A DNA stretch of 64,000 nt from the NCBI GenBank assembly GCA_965112155.1, contig OZ218105.1, one strand, 5' to 3'. The notes under the pieces were generated by a model. The model ran no database searches. It was not told where the DNA came from and saw only the letters and a program-made list of their open reading frames with translations. A program made the position numbers and the translations under genes. This DNA is from Podarcis liolepis (lineage: Eukaryota). Shown piece by piece: positions 12,951-26,000 of the stretch; position 1 is the first letter of the stretch, and each line of letters starts with the position of its first letter.

Positions 12951-13267
12951 GACATGCTCCTCCCTGGAAAACGTGCCATATGCACTGTCAGTGGGTGACC
13001 CACCTTTGATGCATTGAGTCAGAGTGTAATGAGAAGGGAATACCATATTGTTAATCATCTGGGACTGACTGAAGCAGTCGTAAGTAGCTGATAAAGAATG
13101 AGATCAACTTCTTCTGTTGGCATCTGTCTGCACATATAAACATGACTTGTGAAGACCAGAAGCTTTCAAAATTCAGGGCTTACACATGTATTCTGGAGGG
13201 AAGAAAGAAATAAATGCCTGTGTCTCTATCCACACCTTCCAGACTGTATTTTTGACATATTTAATCA

Positions 13268-13622
13268 GGTGCTGGAGGAGACTCTTGAGAGTCCCATGGA
13301 CTTCAAGAAGATCAGACCTATCCATTCTGAAGGAAATCAGCCCTGAGTGCTCACTGGAAGGACAGATCCTGAAGCTGAGGCTCCAATACTCTGGCTACCT
13401 CATGGGAAGATGAGATTCCCTGGAAAAGAGCCTGATGTTAGTAAAGATTGAGGGCACAAGGAGAAGGGGATGACAGAGGATGAGATGGTTGGACAGTGTT
13501 CTCGAAGCTACCAACATGAGTTTGACCAAACTGTGGGAGGCAGTGGAAGACAGGAGTGCCTGGTGTGCTCTGGTCCATGGGGTCACAAAGAGTCGGACAT
13601 GACTAAATGACTAAACAACAAA
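13268..13622 (+). mobile_element. Bov-B (RTE) LINE, 5'-truncated 3' end
   Basis: Peptide 'CWRRLLRVPWTSRRSDLSILKEISPECSLEGQILKLRLQY'. Bov-B end 'gtccatggggtcacaaagagtcggacatgactaaatgactaaacaacaa'. Confidence 0.95.
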
Positions 13623-14885
13623 ATCAAGGTTTAAAATATGTGTTCAGGGAATGAGGAGCCTGCATCTCCTTTACCATCACCCTCTCCTTACTACCCGACT
13701 GCTGCTCCTTTTGTCAGTCTTGGATTGCTCCAGGTGGGCCTAGCACAGGACTGTCTGGGGATGCCTTGACCTCCACTGGCCAAATCCTTGATCAAAACAA
13801 ATTGGCCCCATTTGGTTCAGGATTCAGCTGGAGCAGTTGCCCAGCCCTAGGCCTGAAAACAAATACAGGTAATCTCTGTCTCTCACTTCATTCATGCAAG
13901 TTCCCTTGCAGAATGGAGCTTTCTCTCTGTCCTCCCCTGGTCACACCTCTTAAATCTATTTTGGAAGCCCCCCCCCCCAGTCCTCTGGAAAAGATTTGGA
14001 GGGAATGGGGCAAAACTTTTGTTGCATAAGTGTATATATTCATGGTAACTGAATGAGTGTGTTGCATATTACCCCTAGTTTTCAGTTGCACAGAGGCTTA
14101 TACATTCATTCAATCCAACATGGTTAGGCTCTTCCTCCAGATCTTTATCTCCCCCATGTCTGGAGCAGAGCTGGCATATGTGATACCCTCAACCCTTCCC
14201 CCCTTTTAAGCCCACACACCTTTACCCTGAATGCACGAATAGGACTAGCAATGGCACACAATTTTATACAGTGGTAAATTGCTGTCAGCATGTAAGACAT
14301 GAAAGAAGTCAAGTTGTGCCTTAAATTAATCAAAACTCATCTCCAAAGCAATTTGAAACCAAGAATGACAGGAATAAAAATATAATATGGAACAACACAA
14401 ACAATAAGGCAGGCCTGTGCAGCTGGTGCATATTTTATAGGAAATTAAAGTCTGCGGATAAAAAAAATGAGCGGTCTAATCTAAATATTTTATAAGCTCT
14501 CATACATGGTGAGAAAGGGGAATTTATGTTTAGTTTTTGATGTTTTATAGAGGCAATTATATTAGCAGAAGCTACCATATTGTAAATATTTAGAAGCACT
14601 TTAAAAAAATAGCACATTTTGTGAAGAGGGAATCAGTTCACTTGCCAACACAGGACAGGGTCCTAAGTTTATTCAGAGAGTTTAATTGAATTATTTTGAC
14701 AGTTACTTGTTTATGCGTCTAAGGCTACAGTCCTAAACAGAATTACTAGGGAAATCTCACTGAAGTCAGTGTGGCTTATTTCCAAGCTGCATGGCACTTA
14801 GGCCAAAGGGGGACAACTAATAGAATTAATGTGGAAAGATGGACAAATGCAATCTAAAGGTGGCACTAGTGTTGTCACTTGGACT

Positions 14886-15050
14886 GGGCCATCACTCAGT
14901 AGTTGAAGCATGTGGTTTTGCTTGTAAAAGGCCCCTTGACAACTGAAAGTAGGGCTGGAGAAAACTCCTGTCTGAAGCTCTGGAAAGCTTCTGCCAGAGT
15001 ACACAACTCTAAGCTAGATGGAGCCGTAGTCTGATGAGGCAGTTTCTTAG
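14886..15050 (+). mobile_element. Old tRNA-derived squamate SINE
   Basis: Degraded A-box head 'gggccatcactcagtagttgaagcat'. Body 'gtagggctggagaaaactcctgtctgaagctctggaaagcttctgccag...gctagatgga'. Confidence 0.6.
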
Positions 15051-15276
15051 GCCCCTCTTTATTACAGTTTAGTGACTAGAGTCTTTTCAGTAGTGGCACC
15101 AAGACTGTGGAACTCCCTCATCAAAGAGGATTGGTTAGTTCCTTCTTTCGTGTATGAATTTTAGGCTTTCCAATTTCATTACTAGTTATTTGGTATGTGT
15201 TGAATTTACTGTGTTGCTTTTGGTTTTAATATGCTGACTCTTTTCTTATTGGGTTTAGTGACATAGAAAACATCAA

Positions 15277-15659
15277 CATGCCCTCCAACATTTCTCCAGT
15301 GAAAATAGGGATGTCCTGTTCCATAATAATAATTCTTTATTATTTATACCCTGCCTATCTGGGTTGTCCCAGCCAGCCACTCTTGGTTGCTTCCAAAATA
15401 TATGTAATAACATAATAAAACATTAAACTTTAAAAAAAACTTTCCTTTACAGGGCTGCCTTCAGATGTCTTCTAAAGGTTGTATAATTACTTATCTCCTT
15501 GGCTTGGGGGTTGCATAACTCCATACCCTTCAACAGTTCTCCAATGAAGATAGGGATATCCTAAAGAAAAGTGGGACATTCCAAGATCAAATCAGAAATT
15601 GAGACAGCTTTTGTAAATCTGGGACTGTCCCTGGAAAATAGGAACACTTGGAAGGTCTG
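15277..15659 (-). mobile_element. Chimeric MITE with internal L2-type tail, copy 1
   Basis: Ends CATGCCCTCCAA...TTGGAAGGTCTG. Reverse-complement homolog of 18223-18639. Flanks CATCAA / CACCAG. Confidence 0.8.
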
Positions 15660-16621
15660 CACCAGATCTCCCTCTATGAGGTTGGAAAGAGATTTCTGAC
15701 CATGGAAAGGGAGCTTTGATGCCTGTTTCCTTTGCCCCACCTTTGCCTTACTGATGTTGGAACTCTGATGTCGGAAGGGTTTATATGTGACCATTAGTAT
15801 TACGCTGATAAAAAGTCCACTCTCTTTTTATCAAAAGCAACGAGTGAGATGGGAATTAGGGAAAATTCATGCACCTAAACTCAACATCAAGAATTTCAGG
15901 AAATCTACCCTAATCGATTCTATGATATGGTACCACCAAATAATGTATTATTGATTTGAAATTGCTGTTTTAAAATGGTTATTTCTCTCTTTTGTGTTGT
16001 TGCTAAAGATAATGGAATATTCCTTTAAAAAAAGAAACATTCCTCAGCCAGCTGTTATGTTTACTAGCTTTTAAGACTCCTGCGATGGTTTACTATGCCT
16101 CTGGACAAAAATCAGGATTGTTCTATTTTCCTTTGAACATTTGAAGAACCTTGAAGGGCAACTAAGCTGCAACAAGCCTGATTTCACATAGTAATGCAAA
16201 TTTTGTGAGACAGGAGAATATACCTTGAAGCATAAAACTTGAGACATTTCACAGTACATACTTTACCTGTCTGAGTGATGGCAGAGGTGAAAAAGGTGCC
16301 TAGGTCAGAAAATGCAGTTTTCTGGGAGCTAATTTCTAGTGAAGAAAATAATGGTTTTAGAGATACAGTATAGATATACTCCCAACATGCATTGGCTTAA
16401 TTTCAGTTTAATTGTCTTAAATTTCTGGAATTGTGGTTTGGTCAGATGATTGCTTAAAATCATCCCTGTTATAGTAGATCCCTAACTTCTCTCCTTCTAC
16501 TATTTCCAGGTTTCCTTAGGAAGGGAGAATTACTATTAAACCTGCTTAAATCTGTATGCCCTGAATATACATTAAGCAGTAACTTGAGGAAAATGTCATT
16601 TACTTAACGGTATCAAAGTGT

Positions 16622-17055
16622 TAGGGTTGTCAGAAAAAATCAATTCAGTTTGCACTTTAAGGAAAACCTGCCTAATTCACACCTTCTGTAAGAAATATGC
16701 AAACTAAAACTCAGCCATGCTTTGAAAATCACATTTATCTGAATATTTGAATGCAATTCTCCACCAAAGGCATGGCTACAAAAATGCAAATACTAGGGTA
16801 ACATTTTATATAAAAATGCATGTTGGTGAAAACAGCAAACAAAAATGCATTAGATTGGGGGAAACTGTTTTGCAAAAATGTGTATATTAGGCAAAATTGT
16901 ATAGAAACATGACTATATTAGGAGAAAATTACACTAGAATGCTGACGATATGTAATGAGGAGTTATTTTCACCGCAAACTTATCCATCAATATTGAGAAC
17001 TGAACTTAGGACTTGAAAAATGAGAAACTGAAACTGGCAGATTCACCCACTCCTA
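16622..17055 (+). mobile_element. Old non-autonomous DNA transposon (TAGGG-type ends)
   Basis: 'tagggttgt...cacccactccta' ends and AT-rich internal 'aaaatgca' motifs. Colinear with the copy at 39731-40135. Confidence 0.6.
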
Positions 17056-17430
17056 CAATGCATAGATGGGCTGAAATTTATTTCTTCTCTTGTTTATAAG
17101 GATATGAATTAATATTAATGTGATGGTTTCTCCCCACCCTATTATACTTGCTTTTTGCAATCTGCTAGTATCAGCACCCAACATTGAAGGGTACTAGTAG
17201 GGGCTCATAAACACAGGCAGGGCCCACCCAAGGAAATGCTTCTATGACCACAGTCACCAGGTTCCGTGCATTTTCTTTTCTCGCTTGTGGGTCATATGAT
17301 TGTTGGGGACAAGCATGCACAAGAGTAAGAGGGATGGCAAGACTGATGTGTGGACAACACAGGGAAGAGGTCACTGTCCGGTGCCTCTCAACATCTGTAG
17401 CTGGGCAACATCTGTATCTCTCACTTTTCC

Positions 17431-17432
<2 letters not shown>

Positions 17433-17470
<38 letters not shown>

Positions 17471-17471
17471 T
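17433..17471. repeat. (TTTC)n microsatellite
   Basis: Tetramer run. Confidence 0.95.
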
Positions 17472-17745
17472 TGTGTGGAAGGAGACTGTCTCTGTTTGTT
17501 AGTCTGCTTTATAGGTGCCCAAAGAGAAAACAACATGAAGTAGATCACATATCCCCCTGCGCTGTAGGCTGCATTCTCCTCATGAAAGAGAATAACATTG
17601 CGCATGGCAGATTCTATGACCCAAGAGACATACTGGGGAAACAATTAGTTATTGTCAAGTAATGCAGCTGCTGCCAACAGCCCAAGAAAAGAAAAATCAA
17701 AGTCTAAAATGAGTGAATTAATTATATATTTCAGAGACCTCAGCA

Positions 17746-17922
17746 TTTACTCTGCCTTGGTCAGACCACACCTGGAGCACTCTGTCCAGTTCTGGGCATT
17801 AAAATTTAAGGTGGAAATTGACAAGCTGGAACAGGTGCAGAGGATAGTGACCAAGATGATAAAGGGAAACCTTTAATGGTAAAGGGTCTGGAAACCAAGC
17901 CTGATGAGGAATGGTTGAGGGA
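17746..17922 (+). mobile_element. CR1 LINE ORF2 fragment
   Basis: Peptide '[40 protein letters not shown]' is the canonical CR1 motif. Confidence 0.93.
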
Positions 17923-18222
17923 TTATAGTAGTGCATTTTCTTAACAAATGATTACAAAATACTCCTGCAAGCCTGTGAAAGGGGATGCAATATTCAAGCT
18001 TTCTGGTTTATTACTTGTAGATATTACTTGCCATATATCCGTTGGAGGTTGTCCAAGTATGTGAAACGAACTCTTTTTAATCAAACATTGCTAACTGGAA
18101 TAGGCAAAAGAAGAATAATGATTAGTGAATGATCTCCTCTACTGAGGTAACAACTGCTTTTTCCAGCAGTCACCAGCAGTGATAACTCTGCTCAGTGATA
18201 ACTCTGTCCCCTTCAAGAAAAG

Positions 18223-18639
18223 CAGACCCTCCAAGTGTCCCTATTTTCCAGGGACAGTCCCGGATTTACAGAAGCCGGTTTCTGATTTGATCCTGAAATG
18301 TCTTGCTTTTCCTTAGGACATCACTATTTTTATTGGAAAATTTTGGAGCTTATGGCAGGACGTCCCTATTTTCACCAGAGAAATGTTGGAGGGTATGGTG
18401 TTATGTGATCCCTGAGGCAAGTTGAAAAGTAACCATACAACCTTTAGAAGACATCTGAAGGCAGCCCTGTAAAGGGAAGTTTTTAAATGTTTAATATTTT
18501 ATTATGTTTTTATATATGTTGAAAGCTACCCAGAGTGCTTGGGGCAACCCAGTCAGATGGGCAGGGTAAAAATAATAAAATTATTAATATTATTGATTAG
18601 GACTTCTCTATTTTCGTAGGGGAAATGTTGGAGGGCATG
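18223..18639 (+). mobile_element. Chimeric MITE with internal L2-type tail, copy 2
   Basis: Imperfect TIR CAGACCCTCCAA / TTGGAGGGCATG. Exact 6-bp TSD GAAAAG (18217-18222 / 18640-18645). Confidence 0.85.
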
Positions 18640-18757
18640 GAAAAGGGGGTAGGTCAAGGATAGCTATCCACCTAACATTTGAGCCATCTGGGTGACCTGC
18701 TCTCATATCCTATAAAATAGTTTCCATAGCTTGTGTTAAACCAGCTTTGTGTCGTTT

Positions 18758-18975
18758 AAGGCAACATTCACACCACATATTTAAAGCACTGTGGCATCAT
18801 GTTAAACAGGCATGGCTTCCCTCAAAGAATTCTGGGAGCTGTAGTTTTGTTAAGGGTGCTGAGAGTTGTTAGCAGACCCCTATTCTTCTCCCAGAGCTAC
18901 AATTCCTAGCATTCCCCATGAAGGGGAACCACCTTTAGCTCTGGGAGGGGAACAGGTGTCTTCCTAGAACTCCTT
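18758..18975 (+). mobile_element. Squamate MITE fragment (PIF/Harbinger-like)
   Basis: 'catggcttccctcaaagaattctgggagctgtagttttgttaagggtgctgagag...gagctacaattcc'. Related pieces at ~31150-31290 and ~42815-42955. Confidence 0.6.
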
Positions 18976-19231
18976 ATGAAAACTTCCACCTCATTCCTGA
19001 AGTTCACATTTGATTGTGACGTGCTTGGACCTGCCAGATTGTGACCAACTAAGTCATACTCAAAAACTACACATCAAAATCAATGGATTTAAATTATTCA
19101 TGTGCATTAATTTCCTTGGCCTACTCTTTTGTATGGCTTTGACATAACCCACTGTGTGCAGGTTTCTGCATGTATAGACTCCCCTATTTATTTCAAGGGC
19201 TGAGCCCAAAATAAATTCCCAGCTAAACTTA

Positions 19232-19762
19232 TTGTACTTTTCCATGTATAAGACGAGGTTTGTGTACTGTAAAATAATGTCAAAAGACTCTTGGCGTCTT
19301 ATACATGGGTAGTGGGTAGGGGTGACAGATGGTTGGTTGCAGCCGCAAGCTGCAGATTGTCATTGGCGATTTGGTGTGTGATTGGCAGCTGCAGCCAATG
19401 CTGCTTTGTATTGGCTTAAGCTGTGTTAAATGGGTGCATGATTGGTAGCAGTGTCAAGGGCTGTTGTGGTTTTGCTGCTGCAGCAGCAACTGGGCTTGTG
19501 ATTTCCTTCCACTGTCAGCAATTGGGATTGTTAGTGAGCGACATGAGGGATTGTTAACGAGTGATGCCAGCGATTATAATCATTGGGTTAGTGATTTACT
19601 GCATTTCCCCCCCAGAAAAACCTCAGCAACCTTTGTAACACCCCCCAAAAAATGCTCAGCAACTGTGGGCAATCCTCCCCCAAAAAGCTCAAAAACTCCA
19701 ATCACCCCCCAAAATAGGGAGCATCTTATACAAAGGGGCGTGTTATACACGGAAAAGTTTGG
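19232..19762. mobile_element. Tc1/mariner-superfamily (Tc2/pogo-like) MITE
   Basis: TIR 'ttgtacttttccatgtataagacg' / 'cgtgttatacacggaaaagtttgg'. TA on both sides. Confidence 0.8.
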
Positions 19763-21701
19763 TACTTCTTCCTTTTAAACAAATGGAGAAGCTCTATGGA
19801 GAGGGGCTTAGTATACCCCCTTTTTTTACTAGACAGCGATCACTGAAGAGGGTAGACCTCATTCACCATTGATTTGTTTTAAATACATTTGCATAGCTAA
19901 TGCTTTTATAGGAGAAGCCAGAGAATGGCTTTTGTACATAGCTGTTTTGCAGATTTTAAAAATTCAACTTTACATTTCAATGAATAATTAGTCTTCATTT
20001 TTTTAAAAAATAATAATAGTTCTTGCTTCAGAGAAATACTCTGGAATCCGGAGGAGGTCTCTTGAGAACTTTAAGGCTGTTTTATGACATGTTTTACAAA
20101 GCTGGCTCTATTTTTATGGAGTTCCTGGATCTTTTATTCCTTTGGTCTGCTTAGAACAAAATTAATTTTGAAAATAAAACTTAGTTGCTCCCTGACGTCC
20201 TTCAAATTGTTTCTGTCATGCTTTATACAAATGAAATCTGGTAATCTTGTCTGCTGTGGATTTTTTTTCTTGTGTGTGTGGTGTTTAAAGTTTAGTAGAG
20301 CCAGGACAATGTGTTTAATTGGCAGAGCAGGAGGCAGCTTTATGGTAATCATGGTGAGAATGTTTTATATACTTCAAAGAAGGGCTCTCTGGAGCGATGA
20401 CAAATTGCATGCATAATGCAAGATAGGCAAAAAGGCCTCTTTGGTGATTTCACATTAAGAAGCAAGTTGTACACTGTTTCTTGGTGGAATTTTAAACACA
20501 ATATTGCTGGGGCTTGCTGAAGATATTTTGCAGTTTGAGGAGAAGGACAAGATGGCAGCTTCTTATTGCATAACTAAAAGTCGACGAATCTGGTTGTTAA
20601 ATCTCTTTTGAACAGTGGTGGTGTCCTCCTCTGCAATTGAGTACCGCGGGCTAGTTTAGGGGCCACTGTTCCCTGTTCCCCAGTATCTTCTACCTAAAGT
20701 AGCAATTATAACATTTTCTGCAAGAGCCATGTTCAGGGTTTATTGCAGACCTATAAAACCCTAAATAATGGGACAAGGGCCCCTTCCCTATTATATGCCT
20801 GGATGACTTCTAAGATTTTCCAAGCATACCTTGGTTACCTTAACCACAACTGCTGGAATGTCATCTTATGACATCTTGAAAGTGGACTTTCACAGCTTGG
20901 TAATGGCACCCACTCTCCCAATGCCTTTCCACATGCTTCCTTCTTTGATCGTGGGCACTGTGCAAGGGGTTTCATAATAACTGACAATGAGATAATCTCT
21001 GGGGCTTTAATTTAAGACTGGATGAAAATGGGTCACCTGATATCGCCTGATATCACTTTTATATCAGGAGATTGACAGGTGGGCAGTACCAACCATCTAT
21101 CAGACTTGGTTCATGAGGGTGAGGGAAAATAAGTATCCAGTCTGCTGGCAGATCTCGTTCCCCACCTCTCTAATATTGGGTGTGATTTCTGTTGGGCAGA
21201 ATTGTCCTCACCCTGATTAGGTTTAAACCTTGGCTATATTAGCTTCAAATGAGTTTGCTGCTACTGGTGAATTTACTACCATGTTACACCACTCCTTGTG
21301 GCCTTTGATTCCTGAAATTACAGTACCAGAAGGCAACACTGTAGTTAAACAGTGAGGAAAACTACTAGGGATATATGCAAATCCCAAGTGGGAACTTTTG
21401 TTTGTTATTTGTTATTAATGTTACATCTAAAATACAAACAAACAAAAGCAGAATCAGAATTCCAAAGCAAAGGATCAGTACAGAAGTTTTATTTTCCAAA
21501 TAAATAGAGAGAAGATAATGTAGAATAGTAAAACCAGCAAAATACATAACGAAAGCCAAATGGTGGGAAAGAGAGTTTTGTAGATTTGAATTTCATGCAT
21601 AAGAAATGAAATTTCACCAAACAGAGTATAAATGTTATGGATCTTCCTTTCCCTTAGAAAGACATAATTTGTGAATTATTTTCTTTGCTATAGGCAGAAT
21701 C

Positions 21702-21940
21702 TAGGCTTGCCATATGTCAGGAAAATTCCTGACATGTCCTGGTTTTCAGGTGTAAAAATAGTATTGAGGGGAATTTTACTGCATCGGAAAACATTTTGAA
21801 ATTTTGCCAAAAGAGCTTCAAAGGTCAACAGTTTAAGTTTGTCCCCTAATTTCTATTAATTTCTATTTTTAAAAAAATCTTTTTAAAAAGCTCAAACTGC
21901 AGGTGTCAGGAATTTTACTTTTTGAAATTTGGCAACCCTA
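21702..21940. mobile_element. hAT-like MITE (TAGGGTTGCCA ends)
   Basis: 'taggcttgccata' / 'tttggcaacccta' inverted ends and subterminal 'tgtcagga' repeats. Confidence 0.75.
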
Positions 21941-22363
21941 TATTCTTGTACAGTAGCGTCCTCCATTTCTGAATCAACAAAGTTCTCACTGCAGCCAGCC
22001 TCCATGTAAGAAACTCCTTAGATTGAAAACTTAATCTCTGATCATCCAACAAGTTCAAAATGGCAAGTTGTGGGAAGGCTTGGATAGGACATTTGATTAT
22101 ATATATATATAATTCCTTCAGAAACATCAATCCAAAATGTTGATGCCAGAGGGTATTCCCATCCTAAGTAGAAAAATATCCTGCTACTACAAGCAGTGCT
22201 TTTGTCTTGGATGTAATATTCCAGCAGTTGATACTGATAAAAATACTCTTTCTTCTGTGCCTTCTGTAGGGTATGCTATCAAAATATCCTTGAAATGGTC
22301 AAAACAACAACAAGAACACCTCAGATTTGCCTTGAATTCTGTTCTAGATGGAACTTGGTAGAA

Positions 22364-22365
<2 letters not shown>

Positions 22366-22402
<37 letters not shown>
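22366..22402. repeat. (AC)n microsatellite
   Basis: Dinucleotide run. Confidence 0.97.
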
Positions 22403-22406
<4 letters not shown>

Positions 22407-23386
22407 CACATAATGATTTCAAGATACAGATTGTATCACCTCTCATACACTGTTACATATTTTCACACTGTTGCAATATTACTGTGCTAATTTAAGAGAA
22501 GCTACACTTCTCAAAGGAACTTGCTATGACCCACTCTGCTACAGTCTCCTGATCTCCTTCACTTAGATAATTTAGTTTTCTTTGATTTTCTTTCCTTTTA
22601 TTGGTTAATTTCACAGGAACTGCAGGTAATTTCACTTGATCTTTGATCTTTAATTTTAGCTCTAACCTTGCTTACCTCAGTAACCTTCTTGAACTTTAAA
22701 CCTGTATGTGAGGCCATGTGTAAATGCAGGATCTAGAGGACTACAAGTAAAAAGAAAATATGACTGTCTGGATTAGGCTTTTGAGTTGTAGATTAATGTA
22801 TTTGCTTATTTTAATTTGAAATATCTGTAGCCTGACTTTTATCTGATAATTTCAGGGCAAGGAACAGTAGAACTCCAATTAAAAAAACCAACCCAGATCA
22901 AACAGAAGAGAACATAATAAAATTCACACTACAATTTATTGAAACATCTACAAAACTCAGTTGAACATGAATAATCTATATATACCTTTATTTTCTTTGT
23001 GCATTGCTTTTATACAACAATAAAATTTTGAATGCTTATACAAATATATATTTTCTCTAAAAGAGTAGAAAAGAGACATCTAAATTCCAGCCTCAGTTAT
23101 ACTGAAACTCGAATTCTATACATATTTATTGGGAAGTGAGTTGTGTCAAACTACATGGCACCTGCTTCTGAATAAGTGCACATTTTTAAACATTTCAGTT
23201 CAAGAAGTGTCATCATTGGTCTTAGCTTCTCACAAATTTTTGCAGATGGGATGATTTATCTATGTTCCGTCAAGGAAGCAAAATATATGGGGGACTGATT
23301 TTGAGTGGAGATAAATAGCTGGAGGGAAGGTGTTTTGTAGCTCTTCTATTTACTTGATCAGAACTCAAAGTTGCAGCTTCTTCAGG

Positions 23387-23441
<55 letters not shown>
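23387..23441. repeat. (CTTT)n microsatellite
   Basis: Tetramer run. Confidence 0.97.
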
Positions 23442-24985
23442 GATATTCAGAGTTGTGTGCCATGCCTAGTTTTGTCATTGACAGATACAAAAAGTTTCCC
23501 TTCAGAACTTCTCATGCATCACACAATTTCATAATTCCTTCCTTTGCATTGGCTCTTGCTACATAGTCAGGGATGATGTTATTTCTATATGTGTGGAGCA
23601 GTAGAATTGTATATCTTATTTAAACAGAACAAGGTACTATACAAGCTAATAAGAAGAACAATTTCTAGAGACTTGGGCACATTCATTTCTCCATTCAAAG
23701 TTCACTTCTACAGAGTTCATACAGCTGTCCTATAACACACAATCAATTTTAGCTCCTGTTTAATGATACAGAACTGCGGCTTAGATATTGTAACTTATTC
23801 AAGTCTATTCAGTGAGACCCTTAAACCCAATAATCCCTAGTCTACATTAATCAGACTATCTACTCAGTTAAACCCATTAATAAATGGTCCCATCAGTTCA
23901 AGGCAAAGCTTAAAAAGAAAGTGTCTACGAACAAGTCTGATAGACTATTAGTTTTAGTCCAATATCACATTTCTTTTCAGCACAATGAAAAGGAAAGAAG
24001 AATCATTCAGTACACATTTACAAATAAACATTCCTTTTTTTACTTAAAGCAATACATTTTCTGAAGTTGAAAATAAAAGATTGTGTAGGATTAAACATTA
24101 ATAAACAGTTTTCAGAAACACATCATTAGTAAAACAAATATTTATTTCTTTTTAAGACAGTTTGGAATTGTATGAAAGACTGAACCAGACACTGCATGGG
24201 AGATACTTCTATTTTAGAATCATTTGGCTCACGTTCCAATATGGAAATTAAATGTGCACAATGATTGTCAGTAATGCACAATGCCAGATTCAAGCAGCTG
24301 TATTTCCTCTATTATTGTCAAATATGATACATTTTACAACTTTGCCTCTTGTCCCAAAATACATGTCAGGCCTTCATTAAATTGCCGATTAAAGCCTATA
24401 GGGAATACCCATAACTGTATTAAGGCCAAAGTTTAATGAAACATATAATTTACATTTCATCACATCACAGGCATCTTTCCTCCAGAAGTGCTCGATGTTT
24501 ACTTGTTAGTCACATAATTCTTCTGCTGGTGTTAATCTGATGTGAACTGTTTGGCAGAAGGTATCTTGTATTATTTAAAGGTTGGTGTTCCACCCATCCT
24601 AATGGCTCCAGGCAACCAACAGTTCAACCTTTTCTTCAGGCCAAGTAGTTCAACCGTTCTACTGCATCTGTTCCTTTGTGTCTCTGCGTGAGGAGTTTGT
24701 ATGGGTGCAATAGAAACAGTGATGTTAAAAACACCTTTACACACAGAGCTTCCCTCCACATTGTTATTCTTAAAACAAACAAACATTTTTGAAGATTTTT
24801 ACAGGAGAGCTGTCCGTTCACTGACATTTCATTAACAAACATTACATTAAGCATTCATTTCAAATATAACCACCAATTTTTATTTACATATTTTCTTTAG
24901 AGTCATCAAATTAAATGAAAACATAACGCTCTCTAAAAATCTCTCCCTCTCTCCTCCATCCACCCACACTTGTATGCAATGTGTA

Positions 24986-24989
<4 letters not shown>

Positions 24990-25032
<43 letters not shown>
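24990..25032. repeat. (TC)n microsatellite
   Basis: Dinucleotide run. Confidence 0.97.
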
Positions 25033-25035
<3 letters not shown>

Positions 25036-25589
25036 ATGATGCAATTTCCACATTTTAATTCCAGCTTAGAACCACTTCTGAAATTTTCAAATTGTACCAC
25101 AAGGCATTAGCGTGTCTATTGGTTGCGAAGGTGGATTTCAGAAAAAAAGAGTAGCACCTGATTTGGAATATCTCCAGATACAAATGCAATTTCTGGCAAA
25201 GATTTGGGTGAGCATGAAAGCATATTTTCAGCTGCAACATTCATGTAAATTTCTTTAAACAAATTGAGAGTTGGGCTACTCTGCATGGAACACCTGAACT
25301 AGCCCATTTCTACTTTACTAGTGACAAACACCTTTGACTTTTCCATGCACTGTGTTCATTTCTTTCTGAGCTGACCTGGGATATTTACTTTGCAGACTCC
25401 TTTCCCATTGCTTATAATGCAGATTCATTAGCTCTTTGTGTCATGAGACTAGCAACTGACAAATGTCTGTATAAGCTAATACGCTGACAGTTCACATCCC
25501 ATCTTTGTTGCAAAGACTTTACAAATATGGAATACTGTGATTATCATATTATCAGATAGTGGAGAAATATAATATATTATCCATAACAG

Positions 25590-26000
25590 TCTTGCCCAGA
25601 GCCTTTGCCCTGATTCTTCTGGACTACTATTCCATCAGCCACAGCCAGCATGGCCAATGATTAGGGATGATGGGAGCTGTCATCCAGCAACATCCAGAGG
25701 ACACAAGGTTAGTGTGTGCTAATCCATCCCGATCTTCTTCCAGGAATGCCATCATATACTTAAAATTTTATTTTTACTCATTCTGGTTTTGAAAACCATG
25801 TTCTCCCAAGGCAAAGTAGGTTCATTAGTGGGACTTAACATGCAACCTACATCAACCTCCTAATACAGTCTTCTAGAACCTGACGCCATTCAAATGTTTT
25901 GGACTATAATCCCCATCATCCCTGGCCATTGGCCATGCTGACTGATGCTGATGGGAGTTGGAGTCCAAAACATCTGGACAGAACCAGATGGGTAAGGCTA
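25590..26000. mobile_element. Two degraded palindromic hAT MITEs (~25590-25715 and ~25865-26000)
   Basis: Core 'ggactac..tcccatca...tgatgggag.tg.agtcc', the same family as 46072-46210. Confidence 0.7.

Noticed and set aside
17171-17662. Overlapping ORFs of 99-157 aa
   Set aside because: Held open by the (TTTC)n repeat. No recognisable domain or exon structure.
19590-19720. Spaced 'cccc..aaaa..ctcagcaac' repeats (CRISPR-like look)
   Set aside because: Degenerate internal repeats of a MITE in a eukaryotic genome, with no unique spacers or cas genes.
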